The notes: generated by a model not told the origin, from the sequence alone. A stretch of 64,000 bases of DNA from an uncultured Chloroflexia bacterium (GCA_963757865.1 CAVWSU010000013.1:320350-384349), one strand, 5' to 3'; shown: positions 1-10,433, counted from the stretch's first letter. Program-made: numbers and translations.

Positions 1-669
1 GACCAGGTCCCGCACGGTCTCGCGGCACGCGTCCACCAGCTCGTCGTGGCCGCTGTAGGCGACCGCGAACGTCGCGAGCGGGCCCCGGCTGGTGGATGTC
101 GCGGCCTCGGCCGCCTCGATCGCCGCGCGCACCTGGTCCGGGAGCGCATCGCGGCGCCCGATCACGCGGACCCGCATCGGAGCCGGGCGCCCCTTCCGCC
201 CGGCCAGACCGGCGAGCCGCTCGGTGACCACGTCGAGCAGTGCGGCGAGCTCCTCGGGCGAGCGGTCCAGGTTCTCCATCGACAACGCCCACAGCGTGAC
301 CTCGTCGATGCCGAGGATGCTGCACCAGCCGAGGACCTCGAGGATCTTGTCGGCGCCGCGGCGATGACCGGCGCCGGGGTCGGCGAGGCCTTCCCGCTGG
401 GCCCACCTGCGGTTGCCGTCCATGATGATCGCCACGTGCCCCGGGCGAGGCCGCGACATCACCTGGTTGCGCAGGCGGTGGGCGTACAGGCGGTAGACCG
501 GCGCGAGCGCGAGTGCCCCGGCCCGGTGGCGGACGGCCCGGGCGAGCGACCGGGTGGACCGGGCGCGCGGTGCGACGTGCCCGGCGGGGCCGGTTGCGCG
601 GGACGCCTGCCCCGCGAGAGGCCCGGAGAGCTCGCCGGTGAGCCTGGAGGGGTCCATCGATCGCATCAT
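1..669 (-). CDS. uppS: Polyprenyl diphosphate synthase (cis-isoprenyl transferase); 3' end runs off the window
   Basis: Not in the ORF track. Reverse-strand translation from ATG 669 gives ...YRLYAHRLRNQVMSRPRPGHVAIIMDGNRRWA..., the hallmark cis-prenyltransferase motif. Confidence 0.9.
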   Translation of the reverse strand, partial: MMRSMDPSRLTGELSGPLAGQASRATGPAGHVAPRARSTRSLARAVRHRAGALALAPVYRLYAHRLRNQVMSRPRPGHVAIIMDGNRRWAQREGLADPGAGHRRGADKILEVLGWCSILGIDEVTLWALSMENLDRSPEELAALLDVVTERLAGLAGRKGRPAPMRVRVIGRRDALPDQVRAAIEAAEAATSTSRGPLATFAVAYSGHDELVDACRETVRDLV

Positions 670-838
670 ACCGGCCCGGTCTCGCGCGGCGATCACCCGA
701 TCGGTGAGCTGGAGCGCGGACGTCGGTCCCCGCCCGCTCCCGTCCGGTCCTTTGAGATGCCCCTGTAACATGCTGGTTCGTCACCACGCCCGCCGCATCT
801 GGCATGATCGTGGGGCGTCCCCACCGCCCGGAGGACAC

Positions 839-3019
839 ATGCCGCCTGCGCGCCGTTCCGGTGCCGCCCACGCCCAGGGGACCACCGTGGAAGACGCATG
901 GGGGTGCGTCGGCAGGCTTGCCGCGGAGATCGCGGGAACCGCCGACCGGCACGAGATCGCGGGTGCCCTGCTCGCGCACGGTCTCCCGGCCGTGCACGCC
1001 TCGGGGGGACTCGTGGCCGTCGCGGACGTTGGGGCCGTCGGGGCAGTCGCGGACGTCCGTGCGGGTGGCGCCCTTCTCGTCCTCGCCTCGCAGGGTTACG
1101 ACGGCGCGTCGGAGCGCCCCTTCGAGGCGGTGCCGCTCGACGCGGATGCTCCGCTCGGCGAGGCGGCGCGCACGGGGAGCGACGTGATCGTGGGCGACCT
1201 CGCCGGCGCCGCCGGCCGCTGGGCCGGGGGTCCGTTCGTGCCCGGATCCGGCGCGCTCGCATGCATTCCGTTCGCCGTCGGCGAGGACCGCACGGGCGTC
1301 CTGGAGTTCCGCTGGCACGCGCCCGTGCGGTTCGACACGGCCACGCGCCGCATCCTGCGCGCGATCGGCGCCCTGGCCGCGCAGGCGTTCGACCGCACGT
1401 CCCTGGCCGACACGGCACGTCGTGCGCGGGTCGAGGCCCTGCAGGCCGACGTGCGCTCGGCCGCGCTGGCGGCCGTGGCCGAGGCGTTCTCCGCTGCTCG
1501 CGACGAGGAGGCGGTCCTCGATGCGCTCGTCGCGTCCGGGCTCCCACCGGCCGGGGCGACGTCGGCGGCCGTCCTGAGGCTCGACGAGAGCGGTGCGCTC
1601 GTGCCGGTCAGGCTGGTCGGCTATCCGGACGGCGCCCACGCGCCGACGCAGAACCTGCCCGTCGCGGACGCGATGCGCCGGGGCGAGCCCGTCATCGTCC
1701 CCGACGCCGAGTCGATCGCCCGCATGTACCCCGACATGGCGGATCTCGCCGCGCAGATCGGCGCCCGCACCATCGTCGCGCTCCCGCTGGTCGCGCACGG
1801 GCGCCAGATCGGCGGCGTGCGCCTCGGGTTCCCGGATGAGCGAGCCGTCGCGCCTGCGACACTCCGCTACCTGGCGACACTGGCGGACGCCACCGCCCAG
1901 GCATACGAACGGGCGCGGCTGCATGAGGCCGAGCGCCGCTGGTGGGGCATCCTGGAAGCCGTGATCCGTCAGCTGCCGGTCGGCGTCGCGGTCGCGGAGG
2001 CCCCGTCCGGCCGGCTGGTGCTCGTGAACGACCGGCTCAGGTCGGCGTGGGGAGTCGCGGGCGCCGACGAGCCCGCCGCGGAGCATGCCACCCGGCCCCG
2101 CCCGAGGATGGCCGGCTACCACCTCGACGGGCGGCGCTACCGCGACGACGAGTGGCCGCTGGAGCGGTCTCTGCGGCTCGGCGAGGTCGTGACCGACGAG
2201 CGGATCGAGGTGGCACTGGCGGATGGGTCACGGGGCGTCATGTCGGTCAGCTCGGGCCCGGTGCTCGACGAACACGGCGCGATCGTCCTCGGCGCGGCCG
2301 TGGTCGCGGACGTGACCGAGCGCGTGAGGACGGAACGCCTTCGCGACGCCTTCATCGGGGTCCTTTCTCACGAGCTGCGGACGCCCATCACGGCGATCTA
2401 CGGCGGCTCCAAGGTCCTGCTCCGGCGCGCCAGGCCGGTCAGTGCCGCGATCCGACGCGAGCTCCTCGAGGACATGGCCGCGGAAGCGGAGCGGATGCAC
2501 CGGCTGGTCGAGAACCTGCTGGTTCTCGCTCGCACCGAGCGAGGCATGAACCTGCACGCCGCCGATCCGGTGCTGCTCCAGCACCAGGTGCCGCGCGTGA
2601 TCGATTCCGTCCGGACGCAGTGGCCGGCCGTCGAGTTCCTCGTCTCGATCCCGGAGCGGCTCCCCACCGTGTCGGGGGACGACGGATACGTCGAGCAGGT
2701 GCTTCGCAACCTCCTGTCGAACGCCGCGAAGTACGGGCCTCCCGGCGGTCCGGTCGAGGTGTCGCTGCGTCAGGCCGGGGACGAGGTACAGGTCCTCGTG
2801 CTCGACCGGGGCCCCGGCGTGGGCGACGAGGCGCAGGACGTCTTCGAGCTCTTCTACCGGTCCGATCGCACGTCGGCTGCGGCTCCGGGTGCCGGGATCG
2901 GGTTGTTCGTGGCCCGCCAGCTGGCGATCGCCATGGGCGGCCGGATCTGGGCGACCGACAGGCCCGGGGGTGGGGCGGTCTTCGGCTTCTCCCTGCCGCT
3001 CTTCGACGTCAACGCCTGA
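839..3019 (+). CDS. GAF-GAF-PAS sensor histidine kinase
   Basis: GGAGG RBS before ATG 839. H-box SHELRTPIT, N-box NLLSNAAKY, G boxes DRGPG and GAGIGL; two GAF-like and one PAS-like segment. Confidence 0.9.
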   Translation: MPPARRSGAAHAQGTTVEDAWGCVGRLAAEIAGTADRHEIAGALLAHGLPAVHASGGLVAVADVGAVGAVADVRAGGALLVLASQGYDGASERPFEAVPLDADAPLGEAARTGSDVIVGDLAGAAGRWAGGPFVPGSGALACIPFAVGEDRTGVLEFRWHAPVRFDTATRRILRAIGALAAQAFDRTSLADTARRARVEALQADVRSAALAAVAEAFSAARDEEAVLDALVASGLPPAGATSAAVLRLDESGALVPVRLVGYPDGAHAPTQNLPVADAMRRGEPVIVPDAESIARMYPDMADLAAQIGARTIVALPLVAHGRQIGGVRLGFPDERAVAPATLRYLATLADATAQAYERARLHEAERRWWGILEAVIRQLPVGVAVAEAPSGRLVLVNDRLRSAWGVAGADEPAAEHATRPRPRMAGYHLDGRRYRDDEWPLERSLRLGEVVTDERIEVALADGSRGVMSVSSGPVLDEHGAIVLGAAVVADVTERVRTERLRDAFIGVLSHELRTPITAIYGGSKVLLRRARPVSAAIRRELLEDMAAEAERMHRLVENLLVLARTERGMNLHAADPVLLQHQVPRVIDSVRTQWPAVEFLVSIPERLPTVSGDDGYVEQVLRNLLSNAAKYGPPGGPVEVSLRQAGDEVQVLVLDRGPGVGDEAQDVFELFYRSDRTSAAAPGAGIGLFVARQLAIAMGGRIWATDRPGGGAVFGFSLPLFDVNA

Positions 3020-3132
3020 TCGGGCGGGATGTTCGGGCGCGACTTCGTGCGCGCCCTTCACGCGGCCCGGTACGCGACCAGGTGCCCGACCTTCACGCGG
3101 CCCGAGACGGGTCCCGGCGGCAGCCCGTCGAG

Positions 3133-3600
3133 TCAGGCCAGCGCGCCTTCGTAGCGATCGCGGTGAACCCACACCCAGAGGGCGATGCCGAAGCGGACGA
3201 CCAGCGTCAGGCCGTAGGTCGCGCACCAGACACACACCGCACCGAGCACCACGACCTGGATGTAGGTGAACCTGATCTCGAAGATCACGCCGACCAGCGA
3301 AAGCGCGTAATGGGAGAGCAGAAGCTGGACGCCGCCCCGGCGCCACCACGCCAGGGCGAGGACGAGCAGCGTGATCGACAGCCCGACGCCGAAGACGGCG
3401 ACGGGCACGCCGAACATTCGCGCATACGAGGATTCCGCGACCTGTTCGCAGCCGTGGAGCATGCCGCAGTACGGGGTGCCGTTGCCGAGCTCGACGACGG
3501 CGAGGTACGTGGCGACCGTCAGCCCGATCGCGTCGAGCGTCGCCAGGACGAGGGCCGGATGCGTCCGGCGCAGTGATCGGTATGCGGAGCGCAGGTCCAT
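3133..3600 (-). CDS. Vitamin K epoxide reductase (VKOR) family protein
   Basis: Loop Cys pair (YCGMLHGC), S-x-Y-A motif and CVWC active site in a 4-TM protein. Confidence 0.85.
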   Translation of the reverse strand: MDLRSAYRSLRRTHPALVLATLDAIGLTVATYLAVVELGNGTPYCGMLHGCEQVAESSYARMFGVPVAVFGVGLSITLLVLALAWWRRGGVQLLLSHYALSLVGVIFEIRFTYIQVVVLGAVCVWCATYGLTLVVRFGIALWVWVHRDRYEGALA

Positions 3601-3800
3601 GGAACTCCTCTGGCATGCCGGCACGAGGCCGCATTCGCAGGCTCGGCGCGGCCCGGCCTGCCGTCAACGGACCCTGCGACGCGTTGCGGGGATGCCGAAC
3701 CGCCCGAAGAGACCGGTCCATCGGAGCGACCACGGAGGCGGTCGATCCTCTGCCCGAACCCGTGCCCTGCGCTACTGTTGGCCCTCCAACGACGGAGCCG

Positions 3801-5072
3801 TTGCACCTGGGGGGCTACCTGGGCGTGGGAGCGAGCGCGACACGCGGACGCCTGCCATCGGGCGCGCAGCCCGCCGGCGGGCTTTCCGGGCTGCTCATCG
3901 GGGCGACGCTGGGCCTGCTCGCCGCGGTCGCCAAGGTTCCCGTCAACCTCGCCTCGGGCGGCGACGTCGGCCTGCTGCCGCTCGTCGTCGGCGTCGGCAT
4001 CGCGACGTGGTACGGAAACCGGGTGGGGGGCGTCGCAGCGACGGCCGTGTCCGCGGTCGTCGACACGTGGCTGTTCGCCCTGCAGGGCGGGGACGTCGTC
4101 CTCGCCGGTCCGCGCCACTGGGCCGCCCTGCTGCTCTACCTCGTGGTGGGCCTGCTCGCGGTCGTCCTCGTGGCGGCGTTGCGCGATTCGCGCGAGCGCG
4201 AGCACGCCGACGCCCGGGCCCGGGACCTGCTCAACGCGACGCTCGCCGAGCGCGAGGGCCGGCTCGAGACCCTGCTGGAGCAGGAACGCCAGGCGAAGCG
4301 CATGCGCGACGCGTTCATCGACATCGTCTCCCACGAGCTCAGGACGCCGATCACGCTGATCGTCGGCTCGGCGCGCCTCCTGGGGCGGTCGACGGCCCGT
4401 CTCGAGGGCAGGGACGCCGGACTGGTGCGGGACATCGAGGACGGCGGGGATCGCCTGGCCCGGCTCGTCGAGGACCTCGTGATCCTGGTCAGGTCCGAGC
4501 GGGAGGCGATCGCGGCGGCCACGGAGCCCGTGCGGCTCGAGCCGATCGTATCGAGGGCCGTCGCAGTCGAGGCGCGTCGATGGCCGAACATGGCCTTCGA
4601 GCAGTCGCTTGAGCCCGGGCTCCCGCTCGTCCGCGGGAGCGACGGATATCTCGAGCAGGTGCTGGGGAACCTGCTCTCGAACGCGGCGAAGTACAACCTG
4701 CCGGGTGGCGGCGTGCAGGTGCAGGTGACGCGCGACGGCCCGGGGGTGGTGGTGCGTGTCCTGGACGATGGCCCGGGGATCGCCGAGTCCGAGGCGCAGC
4801 GGCTGTTCGATCTCTACTACCGCTCCGACGCCACCGCCCGCTCGGTGGGCGGCAGCGGGATCGGCCTGTACGTGTCCAGACGCCTCGTCGAGGCGATGGG
4901 CGGCCGGATCCGGGCGATGCGTCGGCCGGAGGGCGGGTCGGTGTTCGAGGTCACGCTGGCCGAATACGACGGCGATGACGACGCGGGCACGGATCCCGGC
5001 ACCGATGCCGACGCGGGCACGCATCCCGACAACGATGCCGACCCCGAGCTGGAGGTCGGCGCCCGGGCCTGA
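3801..5072 (+). CDS. Membrane sensor histidine kinase (DUF4118-like N-terminus)
   Basis: Four hydrophobic helices, then SHELRTPIT, NLLSNAAKY, DDGPG, GSGIGL. Start uncertain: TTG 3801 chosen from GGAG and an upstream TACTGT. Confidence 0.85.
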   Translation: MHLGGYLGVGASATRGRLPSGAQPAGGLSGLLIGATLGLLAAVAKVPVNLASGGDVGLLPLVVGVGIATWYGNRVGGVAATAVSAVVDTWLFALQGGDVVLAGPRHWAALLLYLVVGLLAVVLVAALRDSREREHADARARDLLNATLAEREGRLETLLEQERQAKRMRDAFIDIVSHELRTPITLIVGSARLLGRSTARLEGRDAGLVRDIEDGGDRLARLVEDLVILVRSEREAIAAATEPVRLEPIVSRAVAVEARRWPNMAFEQSLEPGLPLVRGSDGYLEQVLGNLLSNAAKYNLPGGGVQVQVTRDGPGVVVRVLDDGPGIAESEAQRLFDLYYRSDATARSVGGSGIGLYVSRRLVEAMGGRIRAMRRPEGGSVFEVTLAEYDGDDDAGTDPGTDADAGTHPDNDADPELEVGARA

Positions 5073-5174
5073 CCAGCCGGGCATGACGAGGCGGTCCGCC
5101 GCATGACCCGCACGAGGCAACGAGGGCGCGGTCGCGGGGTCGCGCCGGGCGGCGCAGGGCCGCCTGGACCGCGA

Positions 5175-5996
5175 CTACCGGGCGACGAGCACCGCCAGGT
5201 ACGTCATCGACAGCACGAGGCCGTTCGCCACGTTGTGCCCGACGATGGGCCCGAGCAGCGACCCCGTGCGCTGCCGGAGCGATCCGCAGAAGACACCCAG
5301 CACGAAGGCCCAGGCCACCTGCGACCAGTTCGGGTCGAACCGGAACGGCAGCATGAAGGCCTGCTGGTAGATGACGCCGTGCGCCAGCGCGAAGGCCACG
5401 GCCGACACGATCACCGCCACCGAGACCTGGAACCTTCCCACCCGGATCTGCCGCTCGACCGCGCGCGCGAGCATGCCCAGGAGCAGGCCGCGGAAGAGCA
5501 GTTCCTCGCCCACTCCCACGAAGAGCCACTGGAAGGCGAGCGTGCCGATCACGTTGACGGGCGTGAGGGCGTAGGGGAGGGCAGGCGCCGTGCCGGAGAC
5601 CAGGAACGGGAACGCGTCGAACGCGAACGCGAGCACGGCAACGACCGGGACGAACACGGCCAGCGCACGCGTCGCCGTCCTCCAGCTTCCCGGCGCCAGC
5701 CTCCGTTCCCGGAGCGGCTGGCCGGCCAGCAGCATCAGGCCGACCGCCAGGATGGCCATCACGGCGTGGTGGACGGTGATGTAGCCGAAGGTGTCGTCGG
5801 GATCGAGCGATGCCAGCGCCGGACGGGCGGAGATCGCCGCGTTCATCGCGATCCACGGCACCGCGAGCACGATGGCCAGTGCCGTGGTTCCCAGTGCCAG
5901 GGCGATGGCGCCTGTCCGCAGGCGGGCCAGGGCACCGCCGGGCGGCCCCCAGTTCCAGGCGGCTCCGCGCCGCCCCACATCGACGTACTGGCTCAC
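5175..5996 (-). CDS. CPBP family intramembrane glutamic endopeptidase (CAAX protease-like)
   Basis: EELLFRG, FALAH and HNVAN motifs in a multi-TM protein; start approximate. Confidence 0.85.
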   Translation of the reverse strand: MSQYVDVGRRGAAWNWGPPGGALARLRTGAIALALGTTALAIVLAVPWIAMNAAISARPALASLDPDDTFGYITVHHAVMAILAVGLMLLAGQPLRERRLAPGSWRTATRALAVFVPVVAVLAFAFDAFPFLVSGTAPALPYALTPVNVIGTLAFQWLFVGVGEELLFRGLLLGMLARAVERQIRVGRFQVSVAVIVSAVAFALAHGVIYQQAFMLPFRFDPNWSQVAWAFVLGVFCGSLRQRTGSLLGPIVGHNVANGLVLSMTYLAVLVAR

Positions 5997-6200
5997 GTGC
6001 TGGCTCCCGCGTCCCGAACGCGGGTGCCGTCCCGCTGCCCGACCCCCATGCCGAAGCTTCGTGGTGTCGACGCCAGGGACCAAGGGCCGACGGGCAACCG
6101 CGTCGGCGCCAAACGGCAGGGATCGCTACACTCCGCGCGACGACGAGCCGGCGACCCCCCGGTCGTGGGCCAGCGAGGCGGTGACAGCGAGGAGGCTCAC

Positions 6201-6902
6201 GTGGGGTACGAGCCGGAGGTGGTGGCCGCCCTGTCGGGCGTGTCCACGGCCACGATCACGACGCTCCTGCTGCGGCGGGGCTTGCGCAACGTCTGGATCC
6301 GTGGCGCCAGGCCGTTGCAGCCCGGGTCGGGACGGCTGGTCGGGCCGGCGTTCACGCTCCGCTTCGTGCCCGCGCGGGAGGACCTCGCCACGCCCGAATC
6401 GTGGGGATCCGCGCGGTCGACGCGCGCCGCGATCGAGGCGATGCCGGAAGGCTGCGTCGCGGTCGTTGACGCCGCGGGCATCCGCGACGCCGGGATCTTC
6501 GGCGACATCCTGTGCGCCCGGATGGCGAAGCGCGGCGTGGCGGCGCTGGTCACCGACGGTGCGGCCCGCGACGTGAGCGGGGTGCTCGCCACGGGCCTGC
6601 CCGTGTGGTGCGGAGGCGTCGCGGCCCCGCCATCGGTCGCGGGACTGACGTTCGTCGGCTGGCAGGAGCCCATCGGGTGCGGCGGTGTCGCCGTGATGCC
6701 GGACGACCTCATGGTGCTCGACGACGACGGAGCCGTGGTCATCCCCGCCGCGCTCGTCGCCGAGATCGTTGAGAAGGGCCCGGAGCAGGAGCGATTCGAG
6801 GCCTGGGTCATGAGCGAGGTGGACGGCGGAACCCCGCTCCCCGGGCTGTACCCTCCGAACGACGAGACCCGCGCGCGCTACGAGGCCGGCCGGAGGGGCT
6901 GA
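6201..6902 (+). CDS. RraA-like / HMG-CHA aldolase family protein
   Basis: GGAGG before GTG 6201. STATITTLL, GPAFTLRF, GIFGDIL, TDGAARD and DDDGAVVIP motifs. Confidence 0.8.
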   Translation: MGYEPEVVAALSGVSTATITTLLLRRGLRNVWIRGARPLQPGSGRLVGPAFTLRFVPAREDLATPESWGSARSTRAAIEAMPEGCVAVVDAAGIRDAGIFGDILCARMAKRGVAALVTDGAARDVSGVLATGLPVWCGGVAAPPSVAGLTFVGWQEPIGCGGVAVMPDDLMVLDDDGAVVIPAALVAEIVEKGPEQERFEAWVMSEVDGGTPLPGLYPPNDETRARYEAGRRG

Positions 6903-6964
6903 CCGGGCTCGACCCCCGGGATGACGCTCCGGCGGGCGGCCGCGGTATCAGGCGGCCCGCGGTA

Positions 6965-9142
6965 TCAGGCGGGATTGACGCCCCGTGGCGCGGCCCCGGT
7001 CCGGCCGTCCTGCTCGCCGGTCCCAGTCGATGGTGACGTCTGCTGGCCGCTGGTCAGCAGGGCCTGCACATCGTGCACCGCCCCCGCGGTCGCGAACACG
7101 CTCAGCCTGTCGCCCTCCGCGAGGCGGACGTCGCCGCGAGGGACGACCAGGACATCCCCGTGCTGGACCGTGACGACGACGGCGTCACGCGGCCACGGGA
7201 CGGAGGCGATCGACGCGCCGGCCAGCGTGGATCCGGGCGCGATCGTCGCTTCCACGATCGTGCCGTTGTCGTCCGCGCCGCGAAGCTGGCCCGTGGCCCC
7301 GCGCATCGCCCTTCGGTACGTGTGCATGACGTCGCGGACGCTCAGGACGCCGATCAGCCGGCCATCGTCGGCCACCGGGACCCAGCTCACGCCGTTGTCG
7401 CTCATCGCCTCGAGCACGTGGTCCAGCCCGTCGGTGGAACGGACCATGGGGTGGCTGGTGTTCACCAGCGAGTCGACCAGCGCGGCCGGGTCGGCCTGCT
7501 GCAGGGTCGCCAGCGCCACCGTCCCGGCGACGAGACCTGAACCGTCGAGCACCGGCACCCCGGGGACCCGCATGAACCTGGCACGTTGCAGGATCTCCGC
7601 CGCGGTCTCCTGCGGTCCCGCCACGCAGCGCGGGACGTGGAGTGCGTTGCCGGCGGTCAGCGAGGCCATCAGGGGCATGGCCGACCGGTACTGGTGGGCC
7701 GGCAATTCCGTCCGGTCGCGGAGCTGGCCCTCGTAGATGGACGCGTCACCGACCACGAACGTGGCGAGGCCGACGGCAACCATCGCCGGGGCGAGCATCG
7801 AGAGGTTCCCGGTCATCTCCGCCACCATGAGCATGACCGCGAGGGGTGCATGCGCGATGCTCCCGAAGAGCGCCATCATCGCCACGATCGTGAACGGCGC
7901 CGGGTCGGGCGGCATCCCGGGAGCGATCGGATGGAGCACGGTCCAGATCCCCGCGCCGAGCAGGCCCCCGATCACCATGCCGGGCCCGAAGACGCCGCCC
8001 GACCCGCCCGACCCGATGCTGAGCGACGTGGCCAGGATCTTCGCGAACGGGAGCAGCAGGATGAGCCAGAGCGGGAGGCCGAGCAGCTGGGTGCTGAAGC
8101 CCGACTGGAGCCAGCCGTACCCGGTGCCGAGCGCGCCCGGCATGACGATGCCCATCACGCCGACTGCGACGCCGGCGATGGCGGGCCGGAACATGCGCGG
8201 AATGGTCCAGCTGCGGAACCACTTCGTGAGCCCGTAGAACGTCCGGATGTAGAGCAGCCCGACGAGGCCGGCGGCGATCCCGATGAGCGCGTAGTACAGG
8301 AGCTGGGACGGCTGCGAGAACGTCGCGTGGGTCTGATCTCCGAAGATCGGCGAGAAGCCCTCCACGCTGCCGTAGATCGAGTACCCCACGATCGAGGCGA
8401 TGAACGAGGGGACGAGCGCCTCCGCCTCGACGTCGTCGCGATACAGGATCTCGGCGCCGAGCACGGCGCCACCGAGCGGCGCCCGAAAGATCGATCCGAT
8501 CCCGGACCCGATGCCGACGGCGACGGCGATGCGGGCGTCCCGGGCGTCCAGGTCGAGCAGGCGGCCCAGGAACGACCCGAACCCGGCGCTGATCTGTGCG
8601 GTCGGGCCCTCGCGACCGCCGGACCCACCCGAGCCGATCGTGATGGCCGACGCGATCACCTTGATCAGCGGGACACGGGCCCGGATCCTTCGAGGACCGT
8701 GGTGATACGCGGAGATGGCGGCGTCCGTTCCGTGTCCCTCGGCCTCCGGCGCCCACGTGAAGACGATGAACCCGGAGATCAGGCCGCCGAGACCGACGAT
8801 GACCGGCAGGAGCCAGGGCCGCGCGACCGACGTGACGGGCGCGGCACCTTCGCCGGCCGGGGTCGGCGGGTAGTAGCCGGCCACGAGCCCGAGGAGGTAG
8901 TGCGTTCCCAGCTGGAGCGCGGTGATGAAGACCACCGCGCCCACGCCGGCGACCACGCCGATCAACGCCCCCAGGATGACCCACTTGCGCAGGTACGGGG
9001 CCGTGCGGATCCTGCGGCGGATGCCGACCATCCAGCCGGCGGCACGCAGGCGCAGGCCGGGCCTTCTGGCCGGAGAGGGCGTGGGTGGCGGAACGGCGCG
9101 CGGGGTGCGTCCGGCAGGCCGCGGATCGCCGTCGTTCGTCAT
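6965..9142 (-). CDS. ClC chloride channel/antiporter with CBS pair and TrkA-C domain
   Basis: GSGGREGP and GGVFGP ClC signatures, two CBS repeats, C-terminal ...VPRGDVRLAEGD TrkA-C. Confidence 0.9.
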   Translation of the reverse strand: MTNDGDPRPAGRTPRAVPPPTPSPARRPGLRLRAAGWMVGIRRRIRTAPYLRKWVILGALIGVVAGVGAVVFITALQLGTHYLLGLVAGYYPPTPAGEGAAPVTSVARPWLLPVIVGLGGLISGFIVFTWAPEAEGHGTDAAISAYHHGPRRIRARVPLIKVIASAITIGSGGSGGREGPTAQISAGFGSFLGRLLDLDARDARIAVAVGIGSGIGSIFRAPLGGAVLGAEILYRDDVEAEALVPSFIASIVGYSIYGSVEGFSPIFGDQTHATFSQPSQLLYYALIGIAAGLVGLLYIRTFYGLTKWFRSWTIPRMFRPAIAGVAVGVMGIVMPGALGTGYGWLQSGFSTQLLGLPLWLILLLPFAKILATSLSIGSGGSGGVFGPGMVIGGLLGAGIWTVLHPIAPGMPPDPAPFTIVAMMALFGSIAHAPLAVMLMVAEMTGNLSMLAPAMVAVGLATFVVGDASIYEGQLRDRTELPAHQYRSAMPLMASLTAGNALHVPRCVAGPQETAAEILQRARFMRVPGVPVLDGSGLVAGTVALATLQQADPAALVDSLVNTSHPMVRSTDGLDHVLEAMSDNGVSWVPVADDGRLIGVLSVRDVMHTYRRAMRGATGQLRGADDNGTIVEATIAPGSTLAGASIASVPWPRDAVVVTVQHGDVLVVPRGDVRLAEGDRLSVFATAGAVHDVQALLTSGQQTSPSTGTGEQDGRTGAAPRGVNPA

Positions 9143-9571
9143 CCGATGCTCCTCATGGCGGCCGCCAGCCTGTCGAGTGGCACGCGAGCCGCGGGTTCCA
9201 GGGGCTCCAGCGGTGCGATCGCCATGGACAGCAGCTCACGCCGGCGCGCGAGCACCCGGTCCCGGATCGCCAATCCCTCGTCGCTGAGCTGCACGCGCGT
9301 GGCCCGGTGATCCTGGGGGTCCTTCCGGGTCTGCACCATGCCGTGCTCCCGCATGCGGGCCACGAGCCGGCTGGCGGGGGATGTCGCCGATCCGATCCGG
9401 GCGGCGATCTCCCCCACGGTCGCGCCGTCCGGCGCTGTCCGCGAGGATCATCAGCACGCGCCACTGGGCGAACGTCAGCTCGACCCCGGCCTGCGCCAGC
9501 GACAGCGTCGTCACCGCCACGGCACCCACCGCCAGCGACTCGAGCGCGTCGATGATCTCGTCCGGTTCCAC
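9139..9571 (-). pseudogene. MarR family regulator split by a +1 frameshift near 9436 (probably intact; sequencing error suspected)
   Basis: ORF 9236-9571 carries ELTFAQWRVLMILAD. ORF 9139-9417 carries VGEIAARIG...DPQDHRATRVQLSDEG. Removing one base at ~9436 joins them; the stop overlaps the clc start. Confidence 0.75.
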
Positions 9572-9590
9572 GTTCGGAGCCTATCACATT

Positions 9591-9608
9591 ACGTTCCGTA
9601 CGGAACGT
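9591..9608. promoter_or_regulatory. Perfect 18-bp palindrome, likely MarR operator
   Basis: ACGTTCCGTACGGAACGT, 20 bp upstream of the marR start. Confidence 0.65.
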
Positions 9609-9714
9609 TTCTCGGTCCGCCGGAGAGCCGCTCGTCCGGCGAAGGGCCGCTCGTCCGGCGGACGTCGCCCGGCGGCGTCCTTCGGTCCGGCAGGATCGCA
9701 TCCGGCAGGCACTG

Positions 9715-9744
9715 GTTGCCCTATGGCAACTACCGCCCTATGAT
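9715..9744 (+). promoter_or_regulatory. Sigma70-type promoter with overlapping inverted repeat, upstream of the MerR-like gene
   Basis: TTGCCC-N17-TATGAT; GTTGCC-ctat-GGCAAC overlaps the -35 box. Confidence 0.5.
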
Positions 9745-9805
9745 TGCGGGGAGGGCTCGGGGGACACGCGGGAGGCTGACACCTTCGCTGCCTGGAGCCG
9801 AACGT

Positions 9806-10126
9806 ATGAACATCTTCGAGTTGGCCCGTTCCGCGGGCGTGACGCCGTCCGTGGTGCGTTTCTATGCCAGGTCGGGCGCCTTCCCACGGCCGCATCCGCA
9901 GCCCGATGGTCGTCTCGGGTATGACGAGCGGGATGTCGCGCGCCTGCGCCTGGCCGTGACACTCCACCGGCTCGGCGCGGACCCGGCAGGCCGGATCGCG
10001 GCAATCGACCCGCACCCGGCTCCGGACCGACCGGACGATGCGCCCCGAGCAGGCACGGACCCTGCCGGCACCGCGGCGAGCGACACCGCACCCGGGCAGA
10101 CGCCCTTGCCGGATCGGGGGCGCTGA
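9806..10126 (+). CDS. MerR-family HTH protein (short)
   Basis: MNIFELARSAGVTPSVVRFYARSG...GRLGYDERDVARLRLAVTLHRLG. Confidence 0.75.
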   Translation: MNIFELARSAGVTPSVVRFYARSGAFPRPHPQPDGRLGYDERDVARLRLAVTLHRLGADPAGRIAAIDPHPAPDRPDDAPRAGTDPAGTAASDTAPGQTPLPDRGR

Positions 10127-10128
10127 CC

Positions 10129-10383
10129 GTGGAGATCCGCACCGGCTGCTGGGTGTACGGCTCTCATGGCACCTTCATCGGAACCGTCGAAGGTGCCGGT
10201 CCGACGCTGCTCCGGGTGCGTGGTGGACGCCCGTTCTCGCCCGTCTACTACGTTCCATTGGACGCGATCCTGGGAGTGCTCGGGGAAGGCCGGGAAGTGG
10301 TGCTCGCCTGTCGCGCCGACGAACTCGGCCGGAAGGGCTGGCTGGCGCCGCCGGGATCGGCGGACGGCCGGTCGACCCACTGA
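10129..10383 (+). CDS. Small PRC-barrel-like / DUF2171-like protein
   Basis: WVYGSHGTFIGTVEG...YYVPLDAI pattern; resembles the protein at 57146. Confidence 0.55.
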   Translation: MEIRTGCWVYGSHGTFIGTVEGAGPTLLRVRGGRPFSPVYYVPLDAILGVLGEGREVVLACRADELGRKGWLAPPGSADGRSTH

Positions 10384-10433
10384 TCGAGGGCTCGGAAGCC
10401 CTCCCGGTTCGTGATGCAAGCCGGCTTGCCCGC

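Noticed and set aside
3055-3104. 15-bp direct repeat CCTTCACGCGGCCCG between convergent genes
   Set aside because: Only two copies with no supporting context; probably a local duplication.
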